DNA of 60,831 nucleotides, filler included. It is 4 parts of 4 records of this genome, joined end to end, with 100 filler letters (N's around TTAATTAATTAA, not from the genome) between each part and the next. Parts side by side here need not be neighbours in the genome. Positions count along the whole stretch, not along the records: positions 49,937 to 60,831 come from DRR723986_2418; 3 more parts are not named here. One strand, given 5' to 3'. Position numbers and translations under genes: made by a program. The notes beneath the pieces are model-generated. The model did no database searches. It was given only the letters and a program-made list of their open reading frames with translations, and had not been told where the DNA came from. Position 1 is the stretch's first letter, and every line of letters starts with the position of its first letter. Of the stretch, positions 58,255 through 60,831 are shown piece after piece.

Positions 58255-60774
58255 ATGCAAGATGTTTTTGTCGAAGTCGCCTTGCCGATCCCGACGCCGC
58301 GCCTGTTTACCTACCGGCTGGCTGCCGACATGCGCCAGGCTAACCTGCTCGGTGCCCGTGTGCTTACGCCCTTTGGCAAACGCGTTCTCACTGGTGTCAT
58401 AGTTAATGACACGGATGTGGAGCCGCCTGAACGTACGCGCGAAGTCATAGAGATTCTCGACCTTGAGCCCACCTTCTCGCCGCTCATGCTCAAATTTACG
58501 CGCTGGATTGCCGAGTACTACATGGCCTCCTGGGGTGATACGCTCAAAGCCGCCCTGCCGCAAGGTATGAACCCCGAGAGCGTCGCCCGCGTGCACTCAA
58601 TTCGCGGCATCGAACCCGAAGCCCTGGCCGACATGCGCCGGCGTGCCCCCAAACGCGCCGAGCTACTCGAAGAGATTTTGGATCACGAAAATCCCGTCAC
58701 AATCGGATACCTGGACCGCAAACTTGGTGGCGGGGCTCTCGGCGCACGCCTAAATGTCCTAACCGAAGCCGGGTATGTAGAAGTGCAGCGCGATGTTCAG
58801 AACGATGCGCATGCCAAAACCCAACGCGCGCTGGCACTCAGCGATGAATTGCGCGAACAGCCGGAGTTAATGCGCCAGACTCTCGATCAACTCGATAAAC
58901 GCTCACCAAAACAGAGTCTGCTGCTCAGTCATATTTATCTGCACTACAGCCAAAACGACAAACCCCTTCTGCAGAGCGCCGCGCTGACGGCAGTTAACGC
59001 CGGAGCTGCAGTTGCCGACGGCCTTGTCAAAAAAGGCCATATTATTAAATTCGACGCCGAAGTCTTCCGTGGCGCGGACGAGGGCGAACATTCGCTGGCC
59101 CGTGTTAAAGAGGACGAGCTACCTTTAACAATTGAGCAGCAGCATGCACTGGACCGCGTTACAGAGTCGCTCGACAAAGAAGAACACAAATCCTTCCTGC
59201 TGCATGGCGTAACCGGCAGCGGAAAAACACTGATTTACATTCGCGCTATTCAGCACGTGTTAAACAAAGGTAAAACGGCATTACTGCTTGCTCCGGAAAT
59301 TGCCTTAACACCTCAGCTGATTGATCGGTTTCGTTTGGCTTTTGGCAGCGAGATTGCCGTTTTCCACAGTGCGATGTCCGCCGGGGAGCGTTATGACAAC
59401 TGGCGCGCAGCACACAACGGCAGCGCCAGAATCGTAATCGGCACACGCTCGGCCGTATTCACGCCACTTAACAACTTGGGTATTATTATCGTCGATGAAG
59501 AACATGACGGTTCATACAAACAAGATGCCCCGGCTCCAAGGTACAATGCGCGCGACGGAGCAATTGTGCGCAGCCGCATGCAGAACTCCGTTGTTTTACT
59601 CGGCTCGGCCACACCTTCGCTGGAGAGCATGTTTAATGCACAAAGCGGCAAGTATCATTTACTGGAAATTCGCAAACGCGCCGACGGTGCGACATTGCCG
59701 GAAATCACGGTCATCGACCTTATCGCCACGCGCAAACTTAAGCAGTTAAACGACTCTTTTTCCGAAGTTTTGCTCGAGCAGATTATCGACCGTGTTAAAC
59801 GCAAGGAAGGCATCATTCTCATGCAAAACCTGCGCGGTTTTGCGCCTTACCTTGACTGCCCCGAGTGTGGCGAAAAACCGATGTGCCCCAATTGTTCTGT
59901 GACGCTCACATACCATCGTTACCACGAAGTATTGCGCTGTCACTATTGTGGTTACAACCGTAAGAGTGAGTCTGCCTGTCGTTTCTGCGGCCACCCCGAG
60001 TTAAACATTGTCGGCGCCGGTACTCAACGCATCGAAGACGAATTGCAGGACTTGTTAAAAGAACGCGGGGTGCAGGCCAACATCCAGCGCATGGACCTGG
60101 ATACGACAAGTCGCAAGGGCTCACACCGGCGCATATTAACAGCTTTCTCCAAAGGCGAGATCGACATTCTGCTTGGCACACAAATGGTCAGCAAAGGCAT
60201 GGATTTTGCACGTGTTACGCTTGTTGGAGTTATTAACGCGGACATTCAGCTTTCGCTGCCGGACTTCCGTGCAACCGAGCGCACGTATCAATTGTTAACA
60301 CAGGTGGCCGGACGTGCGGGGCGCAGCGCGGAGCGACGTGGCCAGGTAATTATACAGACTAAACAACCAAAACATCCGGCGATTCTGGCAACACAAGCCG
60401 CTTCTTACGAGTTGTTTTACAGCGACGAGTTACAACAGCGCCGCGAGATCCATTATCCGCCGTTTTCTCGCTTTGTACGCATTGAGTTCTCGGGCCGTGT
60501 TGAAGAGCAGGTACACCTCCAGGCCAACTACTTTGCGTATCAGATGCCGCGCAAACAAAAAGCCTTTGAGATGATTGGTCCCGCGATTCCGACAATTAAC
60601 CGATTGCGTCGCGATTATCGCCGGCTCATAATTGTTAAGAACTACAAAGAGCACGATCCGTCCGGACAAAAAATGCGTCACGCCGTCCTGCATGCTTTCC
60701 ACGTCTACAACAGCAAACACGGCACTACGGCAGTTCGGGTTACGCTGGACGTAGATTCGGGTGGTTTTATGTGA
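58255..60774 (+). CDS. priA: Primosomal protein N' (replication restart helicase)
   Basis: LHGVTGSGKT, PEIALTPQ, VDEEHD.SYKQ, LGSATPS, Cys-rich CPEC..CPNC..CHYC..CRFC, GTQMVSKG.DF, QVAGRAGR. Confidence 0.97.
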   Translation: MQDVFVEVALPIPTPRLFTYRLAADMRQANLLGARVLTPFGKRVLTGVIVNDTDVEPPERTREVIEILDLEPTFSPLMLKFTRWIAEYYMASWGDTLKAALPQGMNPESVARVHSIRGIEPEALADMRRRAPKRAELLEEILDHENPVTIGYLDRKLGGGALGARLNVLTEAGYVEVQRDVQNDAHAKTQRALALSDELREQPELMRQTLDQLDKRSPKQSLLLSHIYLHYSQNDKPLLQSAALTAVNAGAAVADGLVKKGHIIKFDAEVFRGADEGEHSLARVKEDELPLTIEQQHALDRVTESLDKEEHKSFLLHGVTGSGKTLIYIRAIQHVLNKGKTALLLAPEIALTPQLIDRFRLAFGSEIAVFHSAMSAGERYDNWRAAHNGSARIVIGTRSAVFTPLNNLGIIIVDEEHDGSYKQDAPAPRYNARDGAIVRSRMQNSVVLLGSATPSLESMFNAQSGKYHLLEIRKRADGATLPEITVIDLIATRKLKQLNDSFSEVLLEQIIDRVKRKEGIILMQNLRGFAPYLDCPECGEKPMCPNCSVTLTYHRYHEVLRCHYCGYNRKSESACRFCGHPELNIVGAGTQRIEDELQDLLKERGVQANIQRMDLDTTSRKGSHRRILTAFSKGEIDILLGTQMVSKGMDFARVTLVGVINADIQLSLPDFRATERTYQLLTQVAGRAGRSAERRGQVIIQTKQPKHPAILATQAASYELFYSDELQQRREIHYPPFSRFVRIEFSGRVEEQVHLQANYFAYQMPRKQKAFEMIGPAIPTINRLRRDYRRLIIVKNYKEHDPSGQKMRHAVLHAFHVYNSKHGTTAVRVTLDVDSGGFM

Positions 60775-60831
60775 TCACGTGATTTGCCGGCATGAGCGCT
60801 GCGCCCCCTTCACTCTGTTCGGTGGCTTACT

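Overview
The window is not one locus. It is four unrelated contigs joined by three identical 100-bp artificial spacers (N44-TTAATTAATTAA-N44) at 14064-14163, 24848-24947 and 49837-49936. Contig 1 (1-14063) is AT-rich and Bacteroidota-like (Cyclobacteriaceae/Algoriphagus-like, by inference). It carries rpe, gyrA, a TPR protein, a PagL-like protein, a LmbE/PIG-L deacetylase + unannotated 34-aa membrane peptide + sodium:solute symporter, DUF2911 and ghrA. Contig 2 (14164-24847) is betaproteobacterial (Limnobacter-like, by inference). It carries a double GST-N protein, aroQ, an RND efflux system coupled to an HTH-PBP regulator, tupBCA tungstate uptake and the last codons of a flagellin gene. Contig 3 (24948-49836) has the same style. 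It carries cheY/MCP, a zrgABCD-like metal ABC system, MscS, a large parallel beta-helix/diheme cytochrome c fusion lipoprotein divergent from fccAB sulfide dehydrogenase, several lipid hydrolases, an unannotated sRNA with its own promoter, a pair of mutually related uncharacterised helical proteins, two CHASE sensor proteins, ugd and a FabH-like synthase. Contig 4 (49937-60831) is FCB-group-like. It carries lptB, an HtrA protease, a lone HsdR-N protein, a TonB-dependent receptor with a DtxR/MntR-like operator, short repeats, a VIT1/CCC1 transporter and priA. I saw no CRISPR array, rRNA, tRNA, transposase or prophage. The best candidates for undescribed biology are the beta-helix/diheme fusion beside fccAB, the sRNA at about 39495-39586, the 70-aa/259-aa paralog pair and the output-less CHASE-PAS-PAS partner. 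All product calls come from motif recognition by eye; no searches were run.
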